A stretch of 63,725 nt of DNA from the NCBI GenBank assembly GCA_046706305.1, contig JBJKPQ010000043.1, forward strand, positions 1 through 63,725. Reading direction: 5' to 3'. This DNA is from Bacteroidales bacterium. GTDB lineage: Bacteria; Bacteroidota; Bacteroidia; Bacteroidales; VadinHA17. The position numbers and the translations under genes are program-made. Below are positions 19,978 to 30,067 of the stretch, piece by piece (the stretch's first letter is position 1; each line of letters opens with the position of its first letter). The notes beneath the pieces were generated by a model, which was given only the letters and a program-made list of their open reading frames with translations, ran no database searches and had not been told where the DNA came from.

Positions 19978-22158
19978 CTAGTTACCCATCTCAGAGAGGA
20001 ATTTGATACGCATAAGCCTTATCTCCTCCTCCTCGAACTCATTTCCAAGTTCATTAATTGCTTCTTCCAGGGAATCTGACTCTGCTTCTTCCCTGAAGTA
20101 GGCATAGATATCCTGTTGACGTTCCTCGTCGATAGTGTTGTTAATATAATAATCGAGATTAATCCTGGTTCCCGAGTTGACAATTGCTTCAATCTCAGTC
20201 AGCAGCTCTCCCATCTCGAGTCCTTTTGCCTCTGCTATATCCTCAAGCGATCTCTGCATGTCGATGCTTTGGATTATATATACCTTGATGCCTGATTTGT
20301 TCACCACAGATTTAACAACCATGTCGAGCGGACGGATTATCTCCTTCTCCTCTACATATTTCTTGATTATCTCAACAAACTCCTTCCCGTAACGCTGTGC
20401 TTTACCTGCTCCTACTCCTGATATATTCTGCAGCTCATCTATGCTTATGGGGTATTGTATTGCCATGTCCTCAAGAGAAGGATCCTGGAAAATAACAAAA
20501 GGCGGCACATCCTTGATCTTGGAAATTTTCTTCCGCAGATCTTTCAGTATACTGAAAAGCTCTTCATCAACAGCAGCTGTTCTGGCCCCGAAAGCATTTT
20601 CTTCTTCCGAAGTATCTGCATAATCGTGATCTTCGGCCAGCATGAATGATGTTGGTGCATCAAGGAATTCAAGACCTTTCTGTGTCACTTTAAGCAATCC
20701 ATAGTTCTCTATATCCTTCGAAAGCAGTTTAGCTATCAGAGCCTGCCTGATCACCATGTTCCAGAACTTCGGATCCTTATCCTCTCCTATGCCGAAATAC
20801 TCCAGCTTATGGTGTTTGTACGACTTGATGGCCGAGGTAACCTTGCCCGATAATATATTTGAGATATGGTCCGCCTTAAATTTCTCCTTCACTGCAAGGA
20901 TTGTTTCAAGCACGCTGACAACGGCTTCATTGCCTTCAAACTGCGATTTGGGATGCAGGCAGTTATCACAGGCTTCGCAGTTCTCTTTTGGATATTCCTC
21001 CCCGAAGTAATGAAGAAGCAGCTTCCTTCGGCATACCGATGATTCCGCATAGGAGACAGTCTCAAGAAGAAGTTGTTTCCCTATTTCCTGTTCCGCAATG
21101 GGCTTTCCCTGCATAAACTTCTCCAGTTTCTGGATATCGCTGTAACTGTAATAAGCTATACAGTTTCCTTCTCCACCGTCACGACCGGCTCTGCCTGTCT
21201 CCTGGTAGTAACCTTCCAGGCTCTTAGGAATATCATAATGTATCACGAACCTGACGTCGGGTTTGTCTATACCCATTCCGAAAGCTATTGTAGCAACAAT
21301 TACATCAACCTCTTCCATCAGGAACTTATCCTGGTTGGATGTACGCGTGGCCGAATCCATACCCGCATGGTAGGGAAGTGCCTTTATCCCGTTAACCTTA
21401 AGTAATTCCGCCAGTTCTTCCACTTTCTTACGGCTAAGGCAATATATAATTCCGGATTTCCCCGAATTGTTCTTTATATACTTGATTATTTCCTTCGAGA
21501 CATCCTGTTTCGATCTTACTTCGTAATAAAGGTTGGGCCTGTTAAAGGATGATTTATAAATATCGGCTTCTAGGATTCCAAGGTTCTTCTGAATATCGTG
21601 CTGTACCTTCGGGGTTGCCGTTGCAGTAAGAGCGATGATGGGAGAACGTCCTATCGTGTCAATTATGGGACGGATACGCCTGTATTCCGGTCTGAAGTCG
21701 TGTCCCCACTCAGAAATACAATGAGCTTCATCAATAGCATAAAACGAGATACTGATATTTTTAAGAAATTCAATATTATCCTCTTTTGTAAGCGATTCAG
21801 GTGCTACATACAGCAACTTGGCCTTCCCCGATATCACATCACTCTTTACACGGGCTATCTCTGTTTTTGTAAGCGACGAGTTAAGAAAATGAGCAACATC
21901 ATCATCAGTGCTGAAATTACGCATGGCATCCACCTGGTTTTTCATCAGCGCTATAAGCGGTGAAATAACTATGGCTGTCCCTTCCTTCATCACGGCAGGC
22001 AGCTGGTAACATAATGATTTGCCACCGCCTGTAGGCATAAGCACGAAAGTATCCCTGCCCTCCAGTACATTCTTTATGATCTGTTCCTGGTTACCTTTGA
22101 AAGTATCAAACCCAAAATACTTTTTTAAATAATCATGTATTGTAGTATCATTCAACAT
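19978..22158 (-). CDS. recQ: ATP-dependent DNA helicase RecQ (ATG at 22158; TTG at 22170 also possible)
   Basis: MPTGGGKSLCYQ, DEAHCISEWGHDFRP, QETGRAGRDG, RQC Cys cluster, HRDC domain. Confidence 0.97.
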   Translation of the reverse strand: MLNDTTIHDYLKKYFGFDTFKGNQEQIIKNVLEGRDTFVLMPTGGGKSLCYQLPAVMKEGTAIVISPLIALMKNQVDAMRNFSTDDDVAHFLNSSLTKTEIARVKSDVISGKAKLLYVAPESLTKEDNIEFLKNISISFYAIDEAHCISEWGHDFRPEYRRIRPIIDTIGRSPIIALTATATPKVQHDIQKNLGILEADIYKSSFNRPNLYYEVRSKQDVSKEIIKYIKNNSGKSGIIYCLSRKKVEELAELLKVNGIKALPYHAGMDSATRTSNQDKFLMEEVDVIVATIAFGMGIDKPDVRFVIHYDIPKSLEGYYQETGRAGRDGGEGNCIAYYSYSDIQKLEKFMQGKPIAEQEIGKQLLLETVSYAESSVCRRKLLLHYFGEEYPKENCEACDNCLHPKSQFEGNEAVVSVLETILAVKEKFKADHISNILSGKVTSAIKSYKHHKLEYFGIGEDKDPKFWNMVIRQALIAKLLSKDIENYGLLKVTQKGLEFLDAPTSFMLAEDHDYADTSEEENAFGARTAAVDEELFSILKDLRKKISKIKDVPPFVIFQDPSLEDMAIQYPISIDELQNISGVGAGKAQRYGKEFVEIIKKYVEEKEIIRPLDMVVKSVVNKSGIKVYIIQSIDMQRSLEDIAEAKGLEMGELLTEIEAIVNSGTRINLDYYINNTIDEERQQDIYAYFREEAESDSLEEAINELGNEFEEEEIRLMRIKFLSEMGN

Positions 22159-22511
22159 AAGTCTTCCCAAAGAATATCAAAGTAACCTGCAAAATAATTT
22201 TGATTTACAGTTTAATAAAGTTAATAAATTTCCCGATCATAAATGGTCATAATGATATTTAATACAATTTAAAAAATCGTGAAAAGTATCCTGTAATAAT
22301 ATTGTTCCCCATTTAGATCAATAGCTAATTTAACAATTCAGGCCGAAGTTATAATTTATTAATGTTAATTTAAGAAATATTTAACGACTGTCCCGACATT
22401 GTGTAGATACAGTGTAACTGATTTTTTAACAGATAAAGATTAATTTTGTTTTGCATCAGAAGATTTATCATCTTTACAGGCTGTTTATAAACCAATTTAT
22501 ACCGGATTTTA

Positions 22512-23390
22512 ATGTTGAAATTTTTCAAAAAAGGGAAGAGCGGAGAAAAGGAAATGTCATTCCTTGAGCATCTCGAAGAGCTCAGATGGCATATTATCCG
22601 GTCCGTTCTGGCTATAGTTGTTTTTATGGTTGTTGCCTTCCTCTTTAAGAGCTTCATTTTCGATAATGTAATACTGGCGCCCAAGAACCCGGGTTTCTGG
22701 ACAAACAGGATGCTGTGCAAACTGGGAGAAACGCTGCTTCATAATGATGCCCTCTGTATTAACAGGCAGCCTCTGAACCTAATCAGCATTAAAATGGCAG
22801 GTCAGCTGACAACTCATATTGCCGTATCGATGGTTGCCGGTATCATTCTTGCCTTTCCTGTAATAGTATGGGAATTCTGGAAATTTTTTAAACCTGCTCT
22901 TAAGGACAATGAGGCCAGGCATGCAAGGGGTGCGGTCAGTGCTGCTTCTTTGCTGTTCTTCACCGGGGTCCTATTCGGTTATTATATGCTTTCGCCTCTC
23001 TCTGTTCATTTTCTTTCATCATATACAGTTAGTTCTGAAGTCACCAACCAGATCAACATAAGATCATATATAGGTACTCTATCGTCCATCTGCCTTGCAA
23101 CGGGACTTGTATTCGAACTGCCTATCATTGCATATTTCCTGACCAAGGTAGGCATTGTTACACCCTCCCTGCTGCGCAGGTACAGGAAGCATGCCATAGT
23201 GGTTATCTTTATTCTGGCTGCCATCATAACTCCTCCGGATGTTTTCTCACAGACACTTGTGGCCATCCCTCTGCTGTTATTATATGAGGTAAGTATATTT
23301 ATTTCCGGCAGGGTAATGAAACAAAAAGAGAAGGATCGCGAGGCTTTCTTTAATGATGATGGTGATGAAACTGAAACTGTAACTTCATAG
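22512..23390 (+). CDS. tatC: Twin-arginine translocase subunit TatC
   Basis: [31 protein letters not shown]. Confidence 0.96.
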   Translation: MLKFFKKGKSGEKEMSFLEHLEELRWHIIRSVLAIVVFMVVAFLFKSFIFDNVILAPKNPGFWTNRMLCKLGETLLHNDALCINRQPLNLISIKMAGQLTTHIAVSMVAGIILAFPVIVWEFWKFFKPALKDNEARHARGAVSAASLLFFTGVLFGYYMLSPLSVHFLSSYTVSSEVTNQINIRSYIGTLSSICLATGLVFELPIIAYFLTKVGIVTPSLLRRYRKHAIVVIFILAAIITPPDVFSQTLVAIPLLLLYEVSIFISGRVMKQKEKDREAFFNDDGDETETVTS

Positions 23391-23398
23391 TTAACGGT

Positions 23399-24124
23399 AT
23401 GAGACTTTATACAGAAAATCTTGTAAAGAAATATCGCAGCAGGACCGTTGTCAATCATGTGTCAATAGAAGTTGAGCAGGGAGAAATAGTAGGATTGCTG
23501 GGACCCAACGGAGCCGGTAAGACAACGTCCTTTTACATGATTGTGGGTCTCATAAAACCCAGGGAAGGCAAGATTTTTCTTGACGATGAAGAGATAACAA
23601 GGCTTCCCGTTTATAAAAGAGCCCGCAGGGGAATAGGATACCTTGCCCAGGAAGCCTCCGTATTCAGGAACATGTCGGTGGAAGATAATATAAAAGCTGT
23701 GCTTGAAATGTCGAAATTCCCGAAACAGGAGCAAGCTGAAAGGCTGGAGAACCTCCTCGATGAATTCGGGCTGCAAAGGATACGGTCAAGCAAAGGGATA
23801 CAGCTGTCGGGAGGAGAAAGGAGACGTACGGAGATAGCAAGGGCTCTCGCACTGAAGCCAAAATTTATCCTTCTCGACGAACCGTTTGCCGGAGTGGACC
23901 CTATAGCGGTTGAAGATATACAGGAAATCGTTTCCAAGCTAAGGGAGAAAAATATAGGTATTCTGATTACAGATCATAATGTTCATGAGACACTTTCAAT
24001 AACCGACAGGGCATACCTCCTGTTTGAGGGCCAGATACTGAAATCCGGCACCGCTGCACAACTGGCAGACGATGAGCATGTAAGAAAAGTATACCTTGGA
24101 AAGAACTTTGAGCTTCGCCGTTAA
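23399..24124 (+). CDS. lptB: LPS export ABC transporter ATP-binding protein
   Basis: [43 protein letters not shown]. Confidence 0.95.
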   Translation: MRLYTENLVKKYRSRTVVNHVSIEVEQGEIVGLLGPNGAGKTTSFYMIVGLIKPREGKIFLDDEEITRLPVYKRARRGIGYLAQEASVFRNMSVEDNIKAVLEMSKFPKQEQAERLENLLDEFGLQRIRSSKGIQLSGGERRRTEIARALALKPKFILLDEPFAGVDPIAVEDIQEIVSKLREKNIGILITDHNVHETLSITDRAYLLFEGQILKSGTAAQLADDEHVRKVYLGKNFELRR

Positions 24125-24133
24125 ACGCTGTTG

Positions 24134-24164
24134 TTTGTTTTAAAAAGAATTTATTATACTTTTG
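24134..24164 (+). promoter_or_regulatory. tRNA promoter (-33 TTTG, -7 TACTTTTG)
   Basis: TTTG at 24134-24137 and TAnnTTTG at 24157-24164 with a 19-nt spacer. Confidence 0.7.
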
Positions 24165-24177
24165 CGGAAAATTTTAC

Positions 24178-24260
24178 GCGGATGTGTCGTAATTGGTAGC
24201 CGAGCAAGACTTAGGATCTTGTGTCCTCGTGACGTGGGGGTTCGAGTCCCTTCATCCGCA
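24178..24260 (+). tRNA. tRNA-Leu(TAG), CCA not encoded
   Basis: Acceptor GCGGATG/CATCCGC plus discriminator A; anticodon arm CAAGA-CTTAGGA-TCTTG; long variable arm; T arm GGGGG-TTCGAGT-CCCTT. Confidence 0.96.
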
Positions 24261-24270
24261 CAAATATTTC

Positions 24271-24316
24271 AAACCGCCCGTAACGATCTCTATTAGCGCG
24301 TTTTGGCGGTTTTTTT
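24271..24316 (+). terminator. Terminator-like hairpin downstream of tRNA-Leu
   Basis: AAACCGCC...GGCGGTTT followed by a T run; the loop is long. Confidence 0.55.
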
Positions 24317-24341
24317 AACTAGTCAATTAACAATTGCTGAA

Positions 24342-25691
24342 ATGAATATCACCAGAGAAAACATTGACGATCTTAATGCAGTATTGAAGATAAAGATCGA
24401 GAAACCCGACTATGAGGATAACGTAGAAAAAGTACTGAAGGATTATCGTAAGAAGGCTTCCATTAAAGGATTTCGTCCGGGTATGGTTCCTATTGGCCTG
24501 GTAAGGAAAATTTATGGAAGAGCAGTTCAGATTGACGAGATAAACAAGGTCGTTACGGATAATATCCAGAAATACATAACCGATGAAAAAATAGAAATAC
24601 TCGGCGATCCTATGCCAAAAGACGGAGAGCAGGAAAATATTGACTTTGATACCCAGGAAGAATTTACATTCTCCTTTGAAATAGGTATAGCCCCCGCAGT
24701 TGAACTTCCCCTTACAAAAAAGAACAAAGTTACCGAATATGAGATAACTGTTGATGACAAGGTGAGAAATGATTATCTCGATAACTATACACGTAGGTTC
24801 GGGGAACTCAGGAGTGCCGATACAACTGAAGAAAAAGATGTAATAAAAGGTAATATCGCAGCCCTTGACCCTGAAGGGAATATTAACCCCGAAGGACTGA
24901 CAGCGGATGATACTTCCCTGGGCGTGGATATTGTCAAAGATGAAAAGATAAAAAAACAATTTATTGGTAAAAAGCCAGGAGAATCAATAGACTTTGATAT
25001 TAAAAAGGCTTTCCCCAACGACTCCGAAGTGGCAGGGATACTTCGAATTAAAAAGGAAGAGGCTGAAAATATTGGTGGCATTTTCAGGTTTACAATAAAT
25101 GAGATCAGTCGCTTTTACCCGGCCGAAGTAAACCAGGACCTCTTCGACAAGGTATACGGTGAAGGCACCGTGACATCAGAAGAAGAATTCATGACCCGGC
25201 TGGAGGAAGAGATAAAAACAAACCTTAAAAAGGAAACTGATTATAAGCTTATGATCGACCTCAAGGCACTGGCAATAGAAAAGACAGAAATGCAGTTCCC
25301 GGAGGAATTCCTCAAAAAATGGCTGCTTAGAGTAAATGAAAATACCACTGCCGAACAGATTGACCAGGAATTCGACAGCTTCAGGAAAGACCTTAAATGG
25401 CAGCTTATCCGTAACAAGGTTGCCAGGGATAACGAGGTTAAAATAACCGAGGATGAGCTTGTTGAAGAAGCTAAAAACATAACCCGCTACCAGTTCCAGC
25501 AATATGGCCTGTTCTATGCTACCGACGATCAGATAACAAACTATGCCCGGGAGACTCTTAAAAGGGAAGAAGATGCCAAAAGAATAGCCGATAAAATACT
25601 TGATGATAAAGTCATTCTCCTTATTAAGGATATGGTGAAACAGGAACCCAAGCAAGTGTCTGTTGAAGAGTTCAATAAGCTGTTTGAATAG
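24342..25691 (+). CDS. tig: Trigger factor (ATG at 24342 preferred over the upstream TTG)
   Basis: MNITRENID start, ribosome-binding motif KGFRPG, upstream of clpP-clpX. Confidence 0.95.
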   Translation: MNITRENIDDLNAVLKIKIEKPDYEDNVEKVLKDYRKKASIKGFRPGMVPIGLVRKIYGRAVQIDEINKVVTDNIQKYITDEKIEILGDPMPKDGEQENIDFDTQEEFTFSFEIGIAPAVELPLTKKNKVTEYEITVDDKVRNDYLDNYTRRFGELRSADTTEEKDVIKGNIAALDPEGNINPEGLTADDTSLGVDIVKDEKIKKQFIGKKPGESIDFDIKKAFPNDSEVAGILRIKKEEAENIGGIFRFTINEISRFYPAEVNQDLFDKVYGEGTVTSEEEFMTRLEEEIKTNLKKETDYKLMIDLKALAIEKTEMQFPEEFLKKWLLRVNENTTAEQIDQEFDSFRKDLKWQLIRNKVARDNEVKITEDELVEEAKNITRYQFQQYGLFYATDDQITNYARETLKREEDAKRIADKILDDKVILLIKDMVKQEPKQVSVEEFNKLFE

Positions 25692-25726
25692 AAATTCCCA
25701 TCACCCGGCTTTTTGTATTATTTTAT

Positions 25727-25734
25727 TATCTTTG
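25727..25734 (+). promoter_or_regulatory. -7 promoter element of clpP (TATCTTTG)
   Basis: TAnnTTTG match 26 nt before the ATG. Confidence 0.55.
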
Positions 25735-25760
25735 TCTGATAATTTTTAAACTGATATAAA

Positions 25761-26438
25761 ATGGATATCCTGGACGATTTTGGGAAATACGCAAAAAGCA
25801 AACGTAATATCAGCAGCCTTAACCTGCACAGATATACATCAATATACGGAAGTTATATCTCTCCTACAATTATTGAGGAAAGACAACTAAATGTCGCTTC
25901 AATGGATGTGTTCTCACGTCTTATGATGGACAGGATAATATTCCTCGGCCTCCCCATCGACGATTATGTTGCCAATATTATACAGGCACAGCTTCTCTAC
26001 CTCGATTCATCCGACCCCGGTAAGGATATACAAATCTATTTCAACACTCCCGGAGGTTCGGTAAGTGCAGGATTGGGGATTTATGATACAATGCAATACA
26101 TATCGGCCGATGTTGCGACTATATGTACAGGTATGGCAGCATCTATGGGAGCCGTACTGCTGACAGCCGGCACCAAGGGTAAAAGATCTGCCCTTAAACA
26201 TTCAAGGATCATGATCCATCAGCCTATGGGCGGTGCAGAAGGCCAGGCCTCAGATATAGAGATAACAGTAAGGGAAATCATGAAACTCAAAAAGGAACTG
26301 TATGAAATAATTGCTCTTCATTCAGGTAACCCATTTGAGAAAGTGGAAAAAGACTCTGACCGCGACTACTGGATGACATCCCAGGAAGCTAAGGATTATG
26401 GAATGATTGATGAGATACTTCAGAGAACAGCTAAATAA
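25761..26438 (+). CDS. clpP: ATP-dependent Clp protease proteolytic subunit
   Basis: MDVFSRLMMDRIIFLG, GMAASMG, MIHQP, DRDYWM. Confidence 0.98.
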   Translation: MDILDDFGKYAKSKRNISSLNLHRYTSIYGSYISPTIIEERQLNVASMDVFSRLMMDRIIFLGLPIDDYVANIIQAQLLYLDSSDPGKDIQIYFNTPGGSVSAGLGIYDTMQYISADVATICTGMAASMGAVLLTAGTKGKRSALKHSRIMIHQPMGGAEGQASDIEITVREIMKLKKELYEIIALHSGNPFEKVEKDSDRDYWMTSQEAKDYGMIDEILQRTAK

Positions 26439-26452
26439 TATCTTGAGGGAAA

Positions 26453-27667
26453 ATGGATAAATGTTCTTTTTGCGGCAGGACAAAGAAAGAGACTAATATG
26501 CTCATTGCAGGTCTGGAAGGCCATATATGCGATCATTGCATAGAACAGGCTTACAGCATTATGAACGAAGAGCTGGGAAGCAAGAAGAATATTGATTTTA
26601 CTACAATTAATCTTCTTAAACCTGTCGAAATAAAAAACTTCCTCGACCAGTACGTAATCGGTCAGGACCAGGCAAAGAAAATCATTTCCGTAGCTGTCTA
26701 TAATCATTATAAAAGGTTGATGCAAAAGCCCAATCCTGAGGATATTGAGATTGAAAAATCCAATATCATTCTTGTGGGTGAAACAGGAACCGGCAAAACA
26801 CTTCTGGCGCGGACGGTAGCCAGGATGCTGCATGTACCATTCACTATAGTGGATGCTACTGTACTGACGGAAGCAGGCTATGTTGGTGAAGATATTGAGA
26901 GCCTGCTTACACGGCTCCTACAGAATGCAGACTATGATGTTAAAGCAGCCGAAAAGGGCATTGTCTTTATTGATGAGATTGATAAGATAGCAAGGAAAAG
27001 CGATAACCCTTCCATAACCCGAGATGTATCTGGAGAGGGTGTCCAGCAGGGACTACTTAAACTGCTTGAAGGATCTGTTGTTAATGTCCCACCTCAGGGA
27101 GGAAGAAAACACCCGGAACAGAAAATGATTCCTGTAGACACCAAGAATATCCTGTTTGTATGCGGAGGGGCTTTTGAAGGTATAGAAAAAAAGATAGCCC
27201 AGCGACTTAATACCCAGATCGTAGGCTTCGGTGCTTCAAAAATAAGAGATAAGGTCGACAAGGATAACCTTCTGCAGTATATATCTCCGCAGGATCTGAG
27301 ATCATACGGACTTATACCTGAGATTATCGGAAGGCTGCCCGTGCTTACCCATCTCGATCCCCTCGACAGGGATGCCCTCAGGGCTATACTGACTGAACCA
27401 AAGAATGCCCTTGTTAAGCAGTATATAAAACTGTTCAAAATGGACAATATTGACCTTACCTTTGGTGAAGGAGTACTTGATTATATTGTTGACAAGGCAA
27501 TCGAATTCAAGCTTGGAGCAAGGGGCCTGAGATCAATTTGCGAAGCCATCATGCTTGATGCCATGTATGAAATGCCCTCACACGAGTCAAACGAGCTTGA
27601 GATCACAATCGATTATGCCAGCCACAGACTAGAACACATCAATCTCAAGGTTCTGAGAGCATCCTGA
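26453..27667 (+). CDS. clpX: ATP-dependent Clp protease ATP-binding subunit
   Basis: C4 zinc finger CSFC...[30 protein letters not shown]. Confidence 0.98.
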   Translation: MDKCSFCGRTKKETNMLIAGLEGHICDHCIEQAYSIMNEELGSKKNIDFTTINLLKPVEIKNFLDQYVIGQDQAKKIISVAVYNHYKRLMQKPNPEDIEIEKSNIILVGETGTGKTLLARTVARMLHVPFTIVDATVLTEAGYVGEDIESLLTRLLQNADYDVKAAEKGIVFIDEIDKIARKSDNPSITRDVSGEGVQQGLLKLLEGSVVNVPPQGGRKHPEQKMIPVDTKNILFVCGGAFEGIEKKIAQRLNTQIVGFGASKIRDKVDKDNLLQYISPQDLRSYGLIPEIIGRLPVLTHLDPLDRDALRAILTEPKNALVKQYIKLFKMDNIDLTFGEGVLDYIVDKAIEFKLGARGLRSICEAIMLDAMYEMPSHESNELEITIDYASHRLEHINLKVLRAS

Positions 27668-27702
27668 AAAAAAATTCTTTCAGTAATTTAAGACTAAAAG
27701 AT

Positions 27703-27748
27703 AAAAAAAGTCCGCCTGTACTTTAGGAGCAAGGCGGACTTTCATTTT
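27703..27748. terminator. Probably bidirectional intrinsic terminator between convergent clpX and lipoprotein genes
   Basis: Perfect 11-bp stem AAAGTCCGCCT/AGGCGGACTTT with an A run on the left and T-rich sequence on the right. Confidence 0.75.
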
Positions 27749-27776
27749 ATATATGGTTGTCAAAAAATCTTACTTG

Positions 27777-28634
27777 TCAGTTCTTCACCATAAACCTGTG
27801 TTGGAACCTAAGCTGAAACTGCTTCACCTCCCCGTTGCAGGCAGCGGTCGCAACAGCATCGCAATCGCCGTTGCCATAATCTATTACAACAGGGTCAGAA
27901 CCTTCAACGTTAACACTTACGCTTCCGCTGACAGCAAAGCGGCAGGCCCGCTCCCACTTCAGAGCTGTCATAATAGTGTTTGTATAAGCTACCCCGTTCA
28001 CTGTTTTCCCCGATCCGGACCCGGTAACAAGAAACTCATCATCCCATATGTTACCTGTCTGCATGCCAGCCATCCATTCTCTCTGATGCTGGAAGGAATG
28101 CTCCATTGTCTTACCGTCAGGAAGAGTGAGCTTACCATTCATCAGGCTGACTGAAAAGACCAGGTTAAGGTTTGTATTATAACCCATGTTCTCAACCCGG
28201 TGTGTGCCTTCTACCCTGATTCCATTAAAATAGTAGTTATCAAACGTAACTGTTTTCACCGATCCTTCTTCCCTCCTCGGACCAGTAATCTCTATTATTA
28301 TCTTACCCGATCGTGTATTATCATACAGACCTGTACAGCCGGTACCGAAATCGATTGTTATTGTTTTTGGCCATACACCCGGGGTCAGAGGTGTGATTAT
28401 TATCTCCGGACAGGTATCCGTTACAACGGTGTTAAGCGACCGTGCAAGGGAATAATTGTCAAGAATAATATCAGCATTGTCCACAGTATTGAAAACATCA
28501 TCAAATACTGCACTGCTAACTGCATCATCATCTGCAAAATCGACACTTGTCTGGGATATTGTATCCTCCTTGGTACAGGAATAAAGCGAAAAGAATGCAA
28601 AAGCAGCCATGATAATAAAAAACTTCGTCTTCAT
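27777..28634 (-). CDS. Uncharacterised beta-rich lipoprotein with paired cysteines
   Basis: Lipobox LYSC; DTCP...DFGTGC...RSGKI and ACRF...DYGNGDCD motifs. Confidence 0.85.
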   Translation of the reverse strand: MKTKFFIIMAAFAFFSLYSCTKEDTISQTSVDFADDDAVSSAVFDDVFNTVDNADIILDNYSLARSLNTVVTDTCPEIIITPLTPGVWPKTITIDFGTGCTGLYDNTRSGKIIIEITGPRREEGSVKTVTFDNYYFNGIRVEGTHRVENMGYNTNLNLVFSVSLMNGKLTLPDGKTMEHSFQHQREWMAGMQTGNIWDDEFLVTGSGSGKTVNGVAYTNTIMTALKWERACRFAVSGSVSVNVEGSDPVVIDYGNGDCDAVATAACNGEVKQFQLRFQHRFMVKN

Positions 28635-28739
28635 AATTTCTATTTTTTTGGTTTATGTTTCCGATCTACAATTTTTTAGATTGAAAGATTTCGGAAAGGT
28701 TTAACCTGAGACGAATTTTTTTCCTGAGATCTTTAAAAT

Positions 28740-29243
28740 TTATACATCCCCGTTCCTGCTTATACGTTCATAAATTACATAACTGTAGGGTATGCTGTTA
28801 GTTTTGCTTATTCCGAATTCCTCACTGCTTACGGTTTTCCAAATTTCGGGATCTATCTCCGGAAAGAACACATCTGCAGGAGCAGTGCTGTGGACATGTG
28901 TAATATAAAGCCTGTCTGCCAGAGGCATGAATTGCCTGTATACACTTCCCCCTCCAATGACAAATATCTCTTCCTCCTTATCGCACTTATCGAGAGCATC
29001 TTCAATTGAATAGGCAGTTACGGCAAGGTTAATGCATTCTGCGGGACTGTCAGTCAGGACAATATTTTTTCGTCCAGGCAGAGGTTTACGCGGTAAAGAC
29101 TCCCATGTTTTTTTCCCCATTATCACAGTATTCCCCATAGTAAGACTCTTGAATCTTTTCAGGTCTTCCGAGATATTCCATAACAGGTCATTTTCCTTAC
29201 CGATACCCCAGTCTTCCGAAACAGCAACAATAATTGATATCAT
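28740..29243 (-). CDS. folA: Dihydrofolate reductase (ATG at 29243)
   Basis: ISIIVAV, IGKENDLLW, IMGKKTWES, PLPGRKNIV, IGGGSVY. Confidence 0.97.
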   Translation of the reverse strand: MISIIVAVSEDWGIGKENDLLWNISEDLKRFKSLTMGNTVIMGKKTWESLPRKPLPGRKNIVLTDSPAECINLAVTAYSIEDALDKCDKEEEIFVIGGGSVYRQFMPLADRLYITHVHSTAPADVFFPEIDPEIWKTVSSEEFGISKTNSIPYSYVIYERISRNGDV

Positions 29244-29253
29244 AAATTTTGAG

Positions 29254-30048
29254 TTATACAGAAATATCCCCTTTAATATGGGGATGTGAAACATAATCCT
29301 TCAGTGTAAAATCCTCATAGCTGAAGTCCGAAATATTCCTTATATCAGGATTAATAATCATAACAGGCAATTTATAGGGTTCCCTTGTAAGTTGCATCTT
29401 AACCTGTTCTATATGATTAAGGTATATATGTGCATCACCAAGCGTATGAATAAACTCCCCCGGCTCAAGACCTGTAATGGCTGCAACCATATGTGTAAGA
29501 AGTGAATATGATGCTATATTAAAAGGGACACCAAGAAAAATGTCCGCACTTCTCTGATACAGCTGGCACGACAATTTGCCGTTGGCTACATAAAACTGAA
29601 AAAGGATATGACAGGGAGGGAGTGCCATTTTATCAATTTCCCCGACATTCCAGGCACTGACAATGTGCCGCCTCGAGTCCGGTGATTTTTTTATGGATTC
29701 AATAACATTTTCAAGCTGGTCTATCTTACGGCCGTCTGATGCCGGCCAGGATCTCCACTGATACCCGTAAACAGGTCCCAGATTACCTTCACTGTCTGCC
29801 CACTCATTCCAGATCCTTACCCCGTTATCTTTCAGGTAACCTATGTTAGTGCTGCCTGAGATAAACCATAAGAGCTCGTGCAAAATCGATTTAAGATGCA
29901 GTTTCTTTGTTGTCAGCAGGGGAAAGCCCTCCTGAAGATTGAAGCGCATCTGGTAACCAAAAACACTTATAGTACCTGTCCCTGTTCTGTCTGATTTTTC
30001 AACACCGGTCTTAAGGACATGATCGAGAAGGTCAAGATATTGTTTCAT
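29254..30048 (-). CDS. thyA: Thymidylate synthase
   Basis: [37 protein letters not shown]. Confidence 0.98.
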   Translation of the reverse strand: MKQYLDLLDHVLKTGVEKSDRTGTGTISVFGYQMRFNLQEGFPLLTTKKLHLKSILHELLWFISGSTNIGYLKDNGVRIWNEWADSEGNLGPVYGYQWRSWPASDGRKIDQLENVIESIKKSPDSRRHIVSAWNVGEIDKMALPPCHILFQFYVANGKLSCQLYQRSADIFLGVPFNIASYSLLTHMVAAITGLEPGEFIHTLGDAHIYLNHIEQVKMQLTREPYKLPVMIINPDIRNISDFSYEDFTLKDYVSHPHIKGDISV

Positions 30049-30067
30049 CAGGAGATCAATTTATTAC

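Noticed and set aside
22171-22511. AT-rich recQ-tatC intergenic region as a hidden gene or ncRNA
   Set aside because: No convincing ORF or stable structure; consistent with divergent promoters
24178-24340. tRNA-Leu as an island integration site
   Set aside because: Flanked by core genes lptB and tig; no integrase or duplicated tRNA 3' end noticed
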